Assembly: GCF_009914755.1 (NCBI RefSeq)
Contig: NC_060947.1
Direction: 5' to 3' (one strand)
Source: the human T2T-CHM13v2.0 reference genome, Homo sapiens
Length of the DNA: 64,000 bases
Part shown: piece by piece, positions 13,101 through 28,100 of the stretch
Position numbering within the stretch: position 1 is the first letter of the stretch
Layout of the letters: each line of letters begins with the position of its first letter
Notes under the pieces: generated by a model
The model's input: the letters and a program-made list of their open reading frames with translations, nothing else
The model's database searches: none
Told to the model about the DNA's origin: nothing
Made by a program: the position numbers and the translations under genes

Positions 13101-16100
13101 TCAAAAGGCGGGTTCAACTGTGTGACTTGAATGCAATCATCACTCAGAAGTTTCTGAGAATGCTTCTCTTTAGTTTTTACATGAACATATACCCGTTTCG
13201 AACGAAGGCCACCCAGTGGTCCAAATATCCACTTGCAGATTCTACAGAAAGAGTGTTTGGAACCTGAACTCTCAAAGGCAGGTTCATCTCTGCGAGTTAA
13301 ATGCATTCATCATGAAGAACTTTCTCAGAGTGTTTGTGTTTAGTTATGGGAAATTATTCCCGTTTCCAACGAAATCCTCCGAGAGGTCCAAATATCCACC
13401 TGCAGATTCTACCAAAAGTGTATTTGGAAACTGCTCCATCAAAAGGCATGTTCAGCTCTGTGAGTGAAACTCCATCATCACAAAGAATATTCTGAGAATG
13501 CTTCCGTTTGCCTTTTATATGAAGTTCCTTCCTATACTACCGTAGGCCTCAAAGCAGTCCAAATCTCCATTTGCAGATTCTACAAAAAGAGTGATTCCAA
13601 TCTGCTCTATCAATAGGATTGTTCAACTCCATGAGTTGAATGCCTTCCTCACAAAGTCGTTTCTGAGAATGCTTCTATCTAGTTTTTATGTGAAGATATT
13701 TCCTTTTCCACCACAGGCCTCAAAGCCCTCCAAACATCCACTTGCAGATTCTCGAAAAAGAGTGTTTCATAGCTGCTCTTTCAAAAGGAAAGTTCAACTC
13801 TGGGAGTTGAATACAAACATCACAAAGTAGTTTCCGAGAATGCTTCTGTTTAGTTCTTATGTGAAGATGATCCCGTTTCCAGTGAAATCTTCAAAGAGGT
13901 CCACATATGCCCTTGCAGATTCCAAAGAAAGTGGGTTTCAAAACTGCTCCATCAAAAGGATTGCTCAACTCTGTGAGTAGAATGCAGTCATCGCAGAAAA
14001 CTTTCTGAGAATGCTTCTGTCTAGGTTTGATGTGAAGATATAGACGTTTCAAACGAAGGCTACAAAGTGGTCAAAATATACACTTGCAGATTCTACTACA
14101 AGGGTGTTGCAAACCTGAACTATCAAAGGAAGGTTCAACTCTGTGAGTTGAATACAAACATCACAAAGAATGTTCTGAGTTTGCTTCCGTTCAGTTATGG
14201 GAAGTTGATCCCGTTTCCAACGAAATCCTCAGAGAGGTCCAAATATCCCCTTGCAGATTCTGCAAAACGTGTGTTTGGAAACTGCTCCATCATAACGAAT
14301 GTTCAGCTCTCTGAGTTAAACTCCATCGTCACAAAGAATTTTCTGAGAGTGCTACCGTCTAGTTTTTATATGAAGTTCTTTCCTTTACTACCACAGGCCT
14401 CAAAGCGGTCCAAATCTCCACTTGCAGATTCTACAAAAAGAGTGTTTGCAAACTGCTCTATCAAAAGGTATGTTCAACTCTGGGAGTTGAATGCAATCAT
14501 CACAGAGCAGTTCCTGAGAATGCTTCTATGTCGTTTTTAGGAGAAGATATTTCCTTTTCCACCACAGTCCTCCAAGCCCGCTAAATATCCACTTGCACAT
14601 TGTAGAAAAAGTGTGTCGAAGCTGCGCTATCAAAGGGAAAGTTCAACTCTGTGAGGTGAATGCAAACATCCCAAAGAAGTTTCTGAGAATGCTTCCGTTT
14701 AACTTTTAGGTGAAGATTATCCCGTTTCCAACGAAATCTTCAAAGAGGTCCAAATATCCCCTTGCGGATCCCACAGAAAGAGTGTTTCGAAACTGCTGTT
14801 TCAAAAGGAATCTACAACTCTGTGAGTTGAATGCAATCATCACAAAGAAGTTTCTGACAATGCTTCTCTCTCGTCTTTCTGTGAAGATAAAGGAAAAGGC
14901 TTTCAGGCCTTTTCCACCACAGGCCTGAAAGCGCTCCAAATGTCCACTTGCAGATTCTGCCAAAAGAATATTTCAAAACTGCTCTATGAAAAGCAATGTT
15001 AAACTCTGCGGCTCGAACACCAACATCACAAAGCAGTTTCTGAGAATGCTTCAGTTTAGTTTTTCTGTGGAAATATTCCCGTTTCCAAAGAAATCTTCCA
15101 AGAGGTCCACGTATCCACTTACAGATTCTACAAAAAGACAGTTTCAAAACTGCTCAATCAAAAGGCGGGTTCAACTGTGTGACTTGAATGCAATCATCAC
15201 TCAGAAGTTTCTGAGAATGCTTCTCTTTAGTTTTTACGTGAACATATACCCGTTTCGAACGAAGGCCAGCCAGTGGTCCAAATATCCACTTGCAGATTCT
15301 ACAGAAAGAGTGTTTCGAACCTGAACTCTCAAAGGCAGGTTCATCTCTGCGAGTTAAATGCATTCATCATGAAGAACTTTCTCAGAGTGTTTGTGTTTAG
15401 TTATGGGAAATTATTCCCGTTTCCAACGAAATCCTCCGACAGGTCCAAATATCCACCTGCAGATTCTACCAAAAGTGTATTTGGAAACTGCTCCATCAAA
15501 AGGCATGTTCAGCTCTGTGAGTGAAACTCCATCATGACAAAGAATATTCTGAGAATGCTTCCGTTTGCCTTTTATATGAAGTTCCTTCCTATACTACCGT
15601 AGGCCTCAAAGCAGTCCAAATCTCCATTTGCAGATTCTACAAAAAGAGTGATTCCAATCTGCTCTATCAATAGGATTGTTCAACTCCATGAGTTGAATGC
15701 CATCCTCACAAAGTCGTTTCTGAGAATGCTTCTATCTAGTTTTTATGGGAAGATATTTCCTTTTCCACCGCAGGCCTCAAAGCCCTCCAAACGTCCGCTT
15801 GCAGATTCTCGAAAAAGAGTGTTTCATAGCTGCTCTTTCAAAAGGAAAGTTCAACTCTGGGAGTTGAATACAAACATCACAAAGTAGTTTCCGAGAATGC
15901 TTCTGTTTAGTTCTTAAGTGAAGATGATCCCGTTTCCAGTGAAATCTTCAAAGAGGTCCACATATCCCCTTGCAGATTCCAAAGAAAGAGGGTTTCAAAA
16001 CTGCTCCATCAAAAGGATTGCTCAACTCTGTGAGTTGAATGCAGTCATCGCAGAAAACTTTCTGAGAATGCTTCTGTCTAGGTTTGATGTGAAGATATAG

Positions 16101-19100
16101 ACGTTTCAAACGAAGGCTACAAAGTGGTCAAAATATACACTTGCAGATTCTACTACAAGGGTGTTGCAAACCTGAACTATCAAAGGAAGGTTCAACTCTG
16201 TGAGTTGAATACAAACATCACAAAGAATGTTCTGAGTTTGCTTCCGTTCAGTTATGGGAAGTTGATCCCGTTTCCAACGAAATCCTCAGAGAGGTCCAAA
16301 TATCCCCTTGCAGATTCTGCAAAACGTGTGTTTGGAAACTGCTCCATCATAACGAATGTTCAGCTCTCTGAGTTAAACTCCATCGTCACAAAGAATTTTC
16401 TGAGAGTGCTACCATCTACTTTTTATATGAAGTTCTTTCCTTTACTACCACAGGCCTCAAAGCGGTCCAAATCTCCACTTGCAGATTCTACAAAAAGAGT
16501 GTTTGCAAACTGCTCTATCAAAAGGAATGTTCAACTCTGGGAGTTGAATGCAATCATCACAGAGCAGTTTCTGAGAATCCTTCTATGTCGTTTTTAGGAG
16601 AAGATATTTCCTTTTCCAACACAGTCCTCCAAGCCCGCTAAATATCCACTTGCGCATTGTAGAAAAAGTGTGTCGAAGCTGCGCTATCAAAGGGAAAGTT
16701 CAACTCTGTGAGGTGAATGCAAACATCCCAAAGAAGTTTCTGAGAATGCTTCCGTTTAGCTTTCAGGTGAAGATTATCCCGTTTCCAACGAAATCTTCAA
16801 AGAGGTCCAAATATCCCCTTGCGGATCCCACAGAAAGAGTGTTTCGAAACTGCTGTTTCAAAAGGAATCTTCAACTCTGTGAGTTGAATGCAATCATCAC
16901 AAAGAAGTTTCTGACAATGCTTCTCTCTCGTCTTTCTGTGAAGATAAAGGAAAAGGCTTTCAGGCCTTTTCCACCACAGGCCTGAAAGCGCTCCAAATGT
17001 CCACTTGCAGATTCTGCCAAAAGAATATTTCAAAACTGCTCTATGAAAAGCAATGTTAAACTCTGTGGCTCGAACACCAACATCACAAAGCAGTTTCTGA
17101 GAATGCTTCAGTTTAGTTTTTCTGTGGAAATATTCCCGTTTCCAAGGAAATCTTCCAAGAGGTCCACGTATCCACTTACAGATTCTACAAAAAGACAGTT
17201 TCAAAACTGCTCAATCAAAAGGCGGGTTCAACTGTGTGACTTGAATGCAATCATCACTCAGAAGTTTCTGAGAATGCTTCTCTTTAGTTTTTACGTGAAC
17301 ATATACCCGTTTCGAACGAAGGCCAGCCAGTGGTCCAAATATCCACTTGCAGATTCTACAGAAAGAGTGTTTCGAACCTGAACTCTCAAAGGCAGGTTCA
17401 TCTCTGCGAGTTAAATGCATTCATCATGAAGAACTTTCTCAGAGTGTTTGTGTTTAGTTATGGGAAATTATTCCCGTTTCCAACGAAATCCTCCGACAGG
17501 TCCAAATATCCACCTGCAGATTCTACCAAAAGTGTATTTGGAAACTGCTCCATCAAAAGGCATGTTCAGCTCTGTGAGTGAAACTCCATCATCACAAAGA
17601 ATATTCTGAGAATGCGTCCGTTTGCCTTTTATATGAAGTTCCTTCCTATACTACCGTAGGCCTCAAAGCAGTCCAAATCTCCCTTTGCAGATTCTACAAA
17701 AAGAGTGATTCCAATCTGCTCTATCAATAGGATTGTTCAACTCCATGAGTTGAATGCCATCCTCACAAAGTCGTTTCTGAGAATGCTTCTATCTAGTTTT
17801 TATGTGAAGATATTTCCTTTTCCACCACAGGCCTCAAAGCCCTCCAAACGTCCACTTGCAGATTCTCGAAAAAGAGTGTTTCATAGCTGCTCTTTCAAAA
17901 GGAAAGTTCAACTCTGGGAGTTGAATACAAACATCACAAAGTAGTTTCCGAGAATGCTTCTGTTTAGTTCTTATGTGAAGATGATCCCGTTTCCAGTGAA
18001 ATCTTGAAAGAGGTCCACATATCCCCTTGCAGATTCCAAAGAAAGAGGGTTTCAAAACTGCTCCATCAAAAGGATTACTCAACTCTATGAGTTGTATGCA
18101 GTCATCGCAGAAAACTTTCTGAGAATGCTTCTGTCTAGGTTTGATGTGAAGATATAGACGTTTCAAACGAAGGCTACAAAGTGGTCTAAATATACACTTG
18201 CAGATTCTACTACAAGGGTGTTGCAAACCTGAACTATCAAAGGAAGGTTCAACTCTGTGAGTTGAATACAAACATCACAAAGAATGTTCTGAGTTTGCTT
18301 CCGTTCAGTTATGGGAAGTTGATCCCGTTTCCAACGAAATCCTCAGAGAGGTCCAAATATCCCCTTGCAGATTCTGCAAAACGTGTGTTTGGGAACTGCT
18401 CCATCATAACGAATGTTCAGCTCTCTGAGTTAAACTCCATCGTCACAAAGTTTTTTCTGAGAGTGCTACCGTCTAGTTTTTATATGAAGTTCTTTCCTTT
18501 ACTACCACAGGCCTCAAAGCGGTCCAAATCTCCACTTGCAGATTCTACAAAAAGAGTGTTTGCAAACTGCTCTATCAAAAGGAATGTTCAACTCTGGGAG
18601 TTGAATGCAATCATCACAGAGCAGTTTCTGAGAATGCTTCTATGTGGTTTTTAGGAGAAGATATTTCCTTTTCCACCACAGTCCTCCAAGCCCGCTAAAT
18701 ATCCACTTGCACATTGTAGAAAAAGTGTGTCGAAGCTGCGCTATCAAAGGGAAAGTTCAACTCTGTGAGGTGAATGCAAACATCCCAAAGAAGTTTCTGA
18801 GAATGCTTCCGCTTAGGTTTTAGGTGAAGATTATCCCGTTTCCAACGAAATCTTCAAAGAGGTCCAAATATCCCCTTGCGGATCCCACAGAAAGAGTGTT
18901 TCGAAACTGCTGTTTCAAAAGGAATCTTCAACTCTGTGAGTTGAATGCAATCATCACAAAGAAGTTTCTGACAATGCTTCTCTCTCGTCTTTCTGTGAAG
19001 ATAAAGGAAAAGGCTTTCAGGCCTTTTCCACCACAGGCCTGAAAGCGCTCCAAATATCCGCTTGCAGATACTGCGAAAAGAATATTACAAAACTGCTCTA

Positions 19101-22100
19101 TGAAAAGCAATGTTAAACTCTGTGGCTCGAACACAAACATCACAAAGCAGTTTCTGAGAATACTTCAGTTTAGTTTTTCTGTGGAAATATTCCCGTTTCC
19201 AAAGAAATCTTCAAAGAGGTCCACGTATCCACTTACAGATTCTACAAAAAGACAGTTTCAAAACTGCTCAATCAAAAGGAGGGTTCAACTGTGTGACTTG
19301 AAAGCAATCATCACTCAGAAGATTCTGAGAATGCTTCTCTTTAGTTTTTACGTGAACATATACCCGTTTCGAACGAAGGCCAGCCAGTGGTCCAAATATC
19401 CACTTGCAGATTCTACAGAAAGAGTGTTTCGAACCTGAACTCTCAAAGGCAGGTTCATCTCTGCGAGTTCAATGCATTCATCATGAAGAACTTTCTCAGA
19501 GTGTTTGTGTTTAGTTATGGGAAATTATTCCCGTTTCCAACGAAATCCTCAGAGAGGTCCAAATATCCACCTGCAGATTCTACCAAAAGTGTATTTGGAA
19601 ACTGCTCCATCAAAAGGCATGTTCAGCTCTGTGAGTGAAACTCCATCATCACAAAGAATATTCTGAGAATGCTTCCGTTTGCCTTTTATATGAAGTTCCT
19701 TCCCATACTACCGTAGGCCTCAAAGCAGTCCAAATCTCCATTTGCAGATTCTACAAAAAGAGTGATTCCAATCTGCTCTATCAATAGGATTGTTCAACTC
19801 CATGAGTTGAATGCCATCGTCACAAAGTAGTTTCTGAGAATGCTTCTATCTAGTTTTTATGTGAAGATATTTCCTTTTCCACCACAGGCCTCAAAGCCCT
19901 CCAAACGTCCACTTGCAGATTCTCAAAAAAGAGTGTTTCATAGCTGCTCTTTCAAAAGGAAAGTTCAACTCTGGGAGTTGAATACAAACATCACAAAGTA
20001 GTTTCCGAGAATGCTTCTGTTTAGTTTTTATGTGAAGATGATCCCGTTTCCAGTGAAATCTTCAAAGAGGTCCACATATGCCCTTGCAGATTCCAAAGAA
20101 AGAGGGTTTCAAAACTGCTCCAGCAAAAGGATTGTTCAACTCTGTGAGTTGAATGCAGTCATCGCAGAAAACTTTCTGAGAATGCTTCTGTCTAGGTTTG
20201 ATGTGAAGATATAGACGTTTCAAACGAAGGCTACAAAGTGGTCAAAATATACACTTGCAGATTCTACTACAAGGGTGTTGCAAACCTGAACTATCAAAGG
20301 AAGGTTCAACTCTGTGAGTTGAATACAAACATCACAAAGAATGTTCTGAGTTTGCTTCCGTTCAGTTATGGGACGTTGATCCCGTTTCCAACGAAATCCT
20401 CAGAGAGGTCCGAATATCCCCTTGCAGATTCTACAAAACGTGAGTTTGGAAACTGCTCCATCATAACGAATGTTCAGCTCTCTGAGTTAAACTCCATCGT
20501 CACAAAGAATTTTCTGAGAGTGCTACCGTCTGGTTTTTATATGAAGTTCTTTCCTTTACTACCACAGGCCTCAAAGCGGTCCAAATCTCCACTTGCAGAT
20601 TCTACAAAAAGAGTGTTTGCAAACTGCTCTATCAAAAGGAATGTTCAACTCTGGGAGTTGAATGCAATCATCACAGAGCAGTTTCTGAGAATGCTTCTAT
20701 GTGGTTTTTAGGAGAAGATATTTCCTTTTCCACCACAGTCCTCCAAGCCCGCTAAATATCCACTTGCACATTGTAGAAAAAGTGTGTCGAAGCTGCGCTA
20801 TCAAAGGGAAAGTTCAACTCTGTGAGGTGAATGCAAACATCCCAAAGAAGTTTCTGAGAATGCTTCCGCTTAGGTTTTAGGTGAAGATTATCCCGTTTCC
20901 AACGAAATCTTCAAAGAGGTCCAAATATCCCCTTGCGGATCCCACAGAAAGAGTGTTTCGAAACTGCTGTTTCAAAAGGAATCTTCAACTCTGTGAGTTG
21001 AATGCAATCATCACAAAGAAGTTTCTGACAATGCTTCTCTCTCGTCTTTCTGTGAAGATAAAGGAAAAGGCTTTCAGGCCTTTTCCACCACAGGCCTGAA
21101 AGCGCTCCAAATATCCGCTTGCAGATTCTGCGAAAAGAATATTACAAAACTGCTCTATGAAAAGCAATGTTAAACTCTGTGGCTCGAACACAAACATCAC
21201 AAAGCAGTTTCTGAGAATACTTCAGTTTAGTTTTTCTGTGGAAATATTCCCGTTTCCAAAGAAATCTTCAAAGAGGTCCACGTATCCACTTACAGATTCT
21301 ACAAAAAGACAGTTTCAAAACTGCTCAATCAAAAGGAGGGTTCAACTGTGTGACTTGAAAGCAATCATCACTCAGAAGATTCTGAGAATGCTTCTCTTTA
21401 GTTTTTACGTGAACATATACCCGTTTCGAACGAAGGCCACCCAGTGGTCCAAATATCCACTTGCAGATTCTACAGAAAGAGTGTTTCGAACCTGAACTCT
21501 CAAAGGCAGGTTCATCTCTGCGAGTTCAATGCATTCATCATGAAGAACTTTCTCAGAGTGTTTGTGTTTAGTTATGGGAAATTATTCCCGTTTCCAACGA
21601 AATCCTCAGAGAGGTCCAAATATCCACCGGCAGATTCTACCAAAAGTGTATTTGGAAACTGCTCCATCAAAAGGCATGTTCAGCTCTGTGAGTGAAACTC
21701 CATCATCACAAAGAATATTCTGAGAATGCTTCCGTTTGCCTTTTATATGAAGTTCCTTCCTATACTACCGTAGGCCTCAAAGCAGTCCAAATCTCCATTT
21801 GCAGATTCTACAAAAAGAGTGATTCCAATCTGCTCTATCAATAGGATTGTTCAACTCCATGAGTTGAATGCCATCCTCACAAAGTAGTTTCTGAGAATGC
21901 TTCTATCTAGTTTTTATGTGAAGATATTTCCTTTTCCACCACAGGCCTCAAAGCCCTCCAAACGTCCACTTGCAGATTCTCGAAAAAGAGTGTTTCATAG
22001 CTACTCTTTCAAAAGGAAAGTTCAACTCTGGGAGTTGAATACAAACCTCACAAAGTAGTTTCGGAGAATGCTTCTGTTTAGTTTTTATGTGAAGATGATC

Positions 22101-25100
22101 CCATTTCCAGTGAAATCTTCAAAGAAGTCCACATATCCCCTTGCAGATTCCAAAGAAAGAGGGTTTCAAGACTGCTCCATCAAAAGGATTGCTCAAATCT
22201 GTGAGTTGAATGTAGTCATCGCAGAAAACGTTCTGAGAATGATTCTGTCTAGGTTTGATGTGAAGATATAGACGTTTCAAACGAAGGCTACAAAGTGGTC
22301 AAAATATTCACTTGCAGATTCTACTACAAGGGTGTTGCCAACCTGAACTATCAAAGGAAGGTTCAACTCTGTGAGTTGAATAGAAACATCACAAAGAATG
22401 TTCTGAGTTTGCTTCCGTTCAGTTATGGGAAGTTGATCCCTTTTCCAACGAAATCCTCAGAGAGGTCCAAATATCCCCTTGCAGATTCTACAAAACGTGT
22501 GTTTGGAAACTGCTCCATCATAACGAATGTTCAGCTCTCTGAGTTAAACTCCATCGTCACAAAGGATTTTCTGAGAGTGCTACCGTCTAGTTTTTATATG
22601 AAGTTCTTTCCTTTACTACCACAGGCCTCAAAGCGGTCCAAATCTCCACTTGCAGATTCTACAAAAAGAGTGTTTGCGAACTGCTCTATCAAAAGGAATG
22701 TTCAACTCTGGGAGTTGAATGCAATCATCACAGAGCAGTTTCTCAGAATGCTTCTATGTGGTTTTTAGGAGAAGATATTTCCCTTTCCACCACAGTCCTC
22801 CAAGCCCGCTAAATATCCACTTGCACATTGTAGAAAAAGTGTGTCGAAGCTGCGCTATCAAAGGGAAAGTTCAACTCTGTGAGGTGAATGCAAACATCCC
22901 AAAGAAGTTTCTGAGAATGCTTCCGTTTAGCTTTTAGGTGAAGATTATCCCGTTTCCAACGAAATCTTCAAAGAGGTCCAAATATCCCCTTGCGGATCCC
23001 ACAGAAAGAGTGTTTCGAAACTGCTGTTTCAAAAGGAATCTTCAACTCTGTGAGTTGAATGCAATCATCACAAAGAAGTTTCTGACAATGCTTCTCTCTC
23101 GTCTTTCTGTGAAGATAAAGGAAAAGGCTTTCAGGCCTTTTCCACCACAGGCCTGAAAGAGCTCCAAATGTCCACTTGCAGATTCTGCGAAAAGAATATT
23201 TCAAAACTGCTCTATGAGAAGCAATGTTAAACTCTGTGGCTCGAACACAAACATCACAAAGCAGTTTCTGAGAATGCTTCCGTTTAGTTTTTCTGTGGAA
23301 ATATTCCCGTTTCGAAAGACATCTTCAAGGAGGTCCACGTATCCACTTACAGATTCTACAAAAAGACAGTTTCAAAACTGCTCAATCAAAAGGAGGGTTC
23401 AACCATGTGACTTGAAAGCGATCATCACTCAGAAGTTTCTGAGAATGCTTCTCTTTAGTTTTTACGTGAACATATACCCGTTTCGAACGAAGGCCACCCA
23501 GTGGTCCAAATATCCACTTTCAGATTCTACAGAAAGGGTGTTTCGAACCTGAACTCTCAAAGGCAGCTTCATCTCTGCGAGTTCAATGCATTCATCATGA
23601 AGAACTTTCTCAGAGTGTTTGTGTTTAGTTATGGGAAATTATTCCCTTTTCCAACGAAATCCTCAGAGACGTCAAAATATCCACCTGCAGATTCTACCAA
23701 AAGTGTATTTGGAGACTGCTCCATCAAAAGGCATGTTCAGCTCTGTGAGTGAAACTCCATCATCACAAAGAATATTCTGAGAATGCTTCCGTTTGCCTTT
23801 TATATGAAGTTCCTTCCTGTACTACCGTAGGCCTCAAAGCAGTCCAAATCTCCATTTGCAGATTCTACAAAAAGAGTGATTCCAATCTGCTCTATCAATA
23901 GGATTGTTCAACTCCATGAGTTGAATGCCATCCTCACAAAGTCGTTTCTGAGAATGCTTCTATCTAGTTTTTATGTGAAGATATTTCCTTTTCCACCACA
24001 GGCCTCAAAGCCCTCCAAACGTCCACTTGCAGATTTTCGAAAAAGAGTGTTTCATAGCTGCTCTTTCAAAAGGAAAGTCCAACTCTGGGAGTTGAATACA
24101 AACATCACAAAGTAGTTTCCGAGAATGCTTCTGTTTAGTTTTTATGTGAAGATGATCCCGTTTCCAGTGAAATCTTCAAAGAGGTCCACATATCCCCTTG
24201 CAGATTCCAAAGAAAGAGGGTTTCAAAACTGCTCCATCAAAAGGATTGTTCAACTCTGTGAGTTGAATGCAGTCATCGCAGAAAACTTTCTGAGAATGCC
24301 TCTGTCTAGGTTTGATGTGAAGATATAGACGTTTCAAACGAAGGCTACAAAGTGGTCAAAATATACACTTGCAGATTCCACTACAACGGTGTTGAAACCT
24401 GAACTATCAAAGGAAGGTTCAACTCTGTGAGTTGAATACAAACGTCACAAAGAATGTTCTGAGTTTGCTTCCGTTCAGTTATGGGAAGTTGATCCCGTTT
24501 CCAACGAAATCCTCAGAGAGGTCCAAATATCCCCTTGCAGATTCTACAAAACGTGTGTTTGGAAACTGCTCCATCATAACGAATGTTCAGCTCTCTGAGT
24601 TAAACTCCATCGTCACAGAGAATTTTCTGAGAGTGCTACCGTCTAGTTTTTATAGGAAGTTCTTTCCTTTACTACCACAGGCCTCAAAGCGGTCCAAATC
24701 TCCACTTGCAGATTCTACAAAAAGAGTGTTTGCAAACTGCTCTATCAAAAGGAATGTTCAACTCTGGGAGTTGAATGCAATCATCACAGAGCAGATTCTG
24801 AGAATGCTTCTGTGTCGTTTTTAGGAGAAGATATTTCCTTTTCCACCACAGTCCTCCAAGCCCGCTAAATATCCACTTGCACATTGTAGAAAAAGTGTGT
24901 CAAAGCTGCGCTATCAAAGGGAAAGTTCAACTCTGTGAGGTGAATGCAAACATCCCAAAGAAGTTTCTGAGAATGCCTCCGTTTAGCTTTTAGGTGAAGA
25001 TTATCCCGTTTCCAACGAAATCTTCAAAGAGGTCCAAATATCCCCTTGCGGATCCCACAGAAAGAGTGTTTCGAAACTGCTGTTTCAAAAGGAATCTTCA

Positions 25101-28100
25101 ACTCTGTGAGTTGAATGCAATCATCACAAAGAAGTTTCTGACAATGCTTCTCTCTCGTCTTTCTGTGAAGATAAAGGAAAAGGCTTTCAGGCCTTTTCCA
25201 CCACAGGCCTGAAAGCGCTCCAAATGTCCACTTGCAGATTCTGCGAAAAGAATATTTCAAAACTGCTCTATGAGAAGCAATGTTAAACTCTGTGGCTCGA
25301 ACACAAACATCACAAAGCAGTTTCTGAGAATGCTTCAGTCTAGTTTTTCTGTGGAATTATTCCCGTTTCCAAAGAAATCTTCAAGGAGTTCCACGTATCC
25401 AATTACAGATTCTACAAAAAGACAGTTTCAAAACTGCTCAATCAAAAGGAGGGTTCAACCGTGTGACTTGAATGCAATCATCACTCAGAAGTTTCTGAGA
25501 ATGCTTCTCTTTAGTTTTTACGTGAACATATACCCGTTTCGAACGAAGGCCACCCAGTGGTCCAAATATCCACTTGCAGATTCTACAGAAAGGGTGTTTC
25601 GAACCTGAACTCTCAAAGACAGGTTCATCTCTGCGAGTTAAATGCATTCATCATGAAGATCTTTCTCAGAGTGTTTGTGTTTAGTTATGGGAAATTATTC
25701 CCGTTTCCAACGAAATCCTCAGAGAGGTCCAAATATCCACCTGCAGATTCTACCAAAAGTGTATTTGGCAACTGCTTCATCAAAAGGCATGTTCAGCTCT
25801 GTGAGTGAAACTCCATCATCACAAAGAATATTCTGAGAATGCTTCCGTTTGCCTTTTATATGAAGTTCCTTCCTGTACTACCGTAGGCCTCAAAGCAGTC
25901 CAAATCTCCATTTGCGGATTCTACAAAAAGAATGATTCCAATCTCCTCTATCAATAGGATTGTTCAACTCCATGAGTTGAATGCCATCCTCACAAAGTCG
26001 TTTCTGAGAATGCTTCTTTCTAGTTTTTATGTGAAGATATTTCCTTTTCCACCACAGGCCTCAAAGCCCTCCAAACGTCCACTTGCAGATTCTCGAAAAA
26101 GAGTGTTTCAAAGCTGCTCTTTCAAAAGGAAAGTTCAACTCTGGGAGTTGAATACAAACATCACAAAGTAGTTTCCGAGAATGCTTCTGTTTAGTTTTTA
26201 TGTGAAGATGATCCCGTTTCCAGTGAAATCTTCAAAGAGGTCCACATATCCCCTTGCAGATTCCAAAGAAAGAGGGTTTCAAAACTGCTCCATCAAAAGG
26301 ATTGTTCAACTCTGTGAGTTGAATGCAGTCATCGCAGAAAACTTTCTGAGAATGCTTCTGTCTAGGTTTGATGTGAAGATATAGACTTTTCAAACGAAGG
26401 CTACAAAGTGGTCAAAATATACACTTGCAGATTCTACTACAAGGGTGTTGCCAACCTGAACTATCAAAGGAAGGTTCAACCCTGTGAGTTGAATACAAAC
26501 ATCACAAAGAATGTTCTGAGTTTGCTTCCGTTCAGTTATGGGAAGTTGATCCCGTTTCCAACGAAATCTGCAGAGAGGTCCAAGTATCCCCTTGCAGAGT
26601 CTACAAAACGTGTGTTTGGAAACTGCTCCATCATAACGAATGTTCAGCTCTCTGAGTTAAACTCCATCGTCACAAAGAATTTTCTGAGAGTGCTACCGTC
26701 TAGTTTTTATAGGAAGTTCTTTCCTTTACTACCACAGGCCTCAAAGCGGTCCAAATCTCCACTTGCAGATTCTACAAAAAGAGTGTTTGCAAACTGCTCT
26801 ATCAAAAGGAATGTTCAACTCTGGGAGTTGAATGCAATCATCACAGAGCAGTTTCTGAGAATGCTTCTATGTGGTTTTTAGGAGAAGATATTTCCTTTTC
26901 CACCACATTCCTCCAAGCCCGCTAAAAATCCACTTGCACATTGTAGAAAAAGTGTGTCAAAGCTGCGCTATCAAAGGGAAAGTACAACTCTGTGAGGTGA
27001 ATGCAAACATCCCAAAGAAGTTTCTGAGAATGCTTCCGTTTAGCTTTTAGGTGAAGATTATCCCGTTTCCAACGAAATCTTCAAAGAGGTCCAAATATCC
27101 CCTTGCGGATCCCACAGAAAGAGTGTTTCGAAACTGCTGTTTCAAAAGGAATCTTCAACTCTGTGAGTTGAATGCAATCATCACAAAGAAGTTTCTGACA
27201 ATGCTTCTCTCTCGTCTTTCTGTGAAGATAAAGGAAAAGGCTTTCAGGCCTTTTCCACCACAGGCCTGAAAGCGCTCCAAATGTCCACTTGCAGATTCTG
27301 CGAAAAGAATATTTCAAAACTGCTCTATGAGAAGCAATGTTAAACTCTGTGGCTCGAACACAAACATCACAAAGCAGTTTCTGAGAATGCTTCAGTTTAG
27401 TTTTTCTGTGGAAATATTCCCGTTTCCAAAGAAATCTTCAAACAGGTCCACGTATCCACTTACAGATTCTACAAAAAGACAGTTTCAAAACTGCTCAATC
27501 AAAAGGAGGGTTCAACCGTGTGACTTGAATGCAATCATCACTCAGAAGTTTCTGAGAATGCTTCTCTTTAGTTTTTACGTGAACATATACCCGTTTCGAA
27601 CGAAGGCCACCCAGTGGTCCAAATATCCACTTGCAGATTCTACAGAAAGGGTGTTTCGAACCTGAACACTCAAAGACAGGTTCATCTCTGCGAGTTCAAT
27701 GCATTCATCATGAAGAACTTTCTCAGAGTGTTTGTGTTTAGTTATGGGAAATTATTCCCGTTTCCAACGAAATCCTCAGAGAGGTCCAAATATCCACCTG
27801 CAGATTCTACCAAAAGTGTATTTGGAAACTGCTCCATCAAAAGGCATGTTCAGCTCTGTGAGTGAAACTAAATCATCACAAAGAATATTCTGAGAATGCT
27901 TCCGTTTGCCTTTTATATGAAGTTCCTTCCTGTACTACCGTAGGCCTCAAAGCAGTCCAAATCTCCATTTGCAGATTCTACAAAAAGAGTGATTCCAATC
28001 TGCTCTATCAATAGGATTGTTCAACTCCATGAGTTGAATGCCATCCTCACAAAGTCGTTTCTGAGAATGCTTCTGTCTAGCTTTTATGTGAAGATATTTC

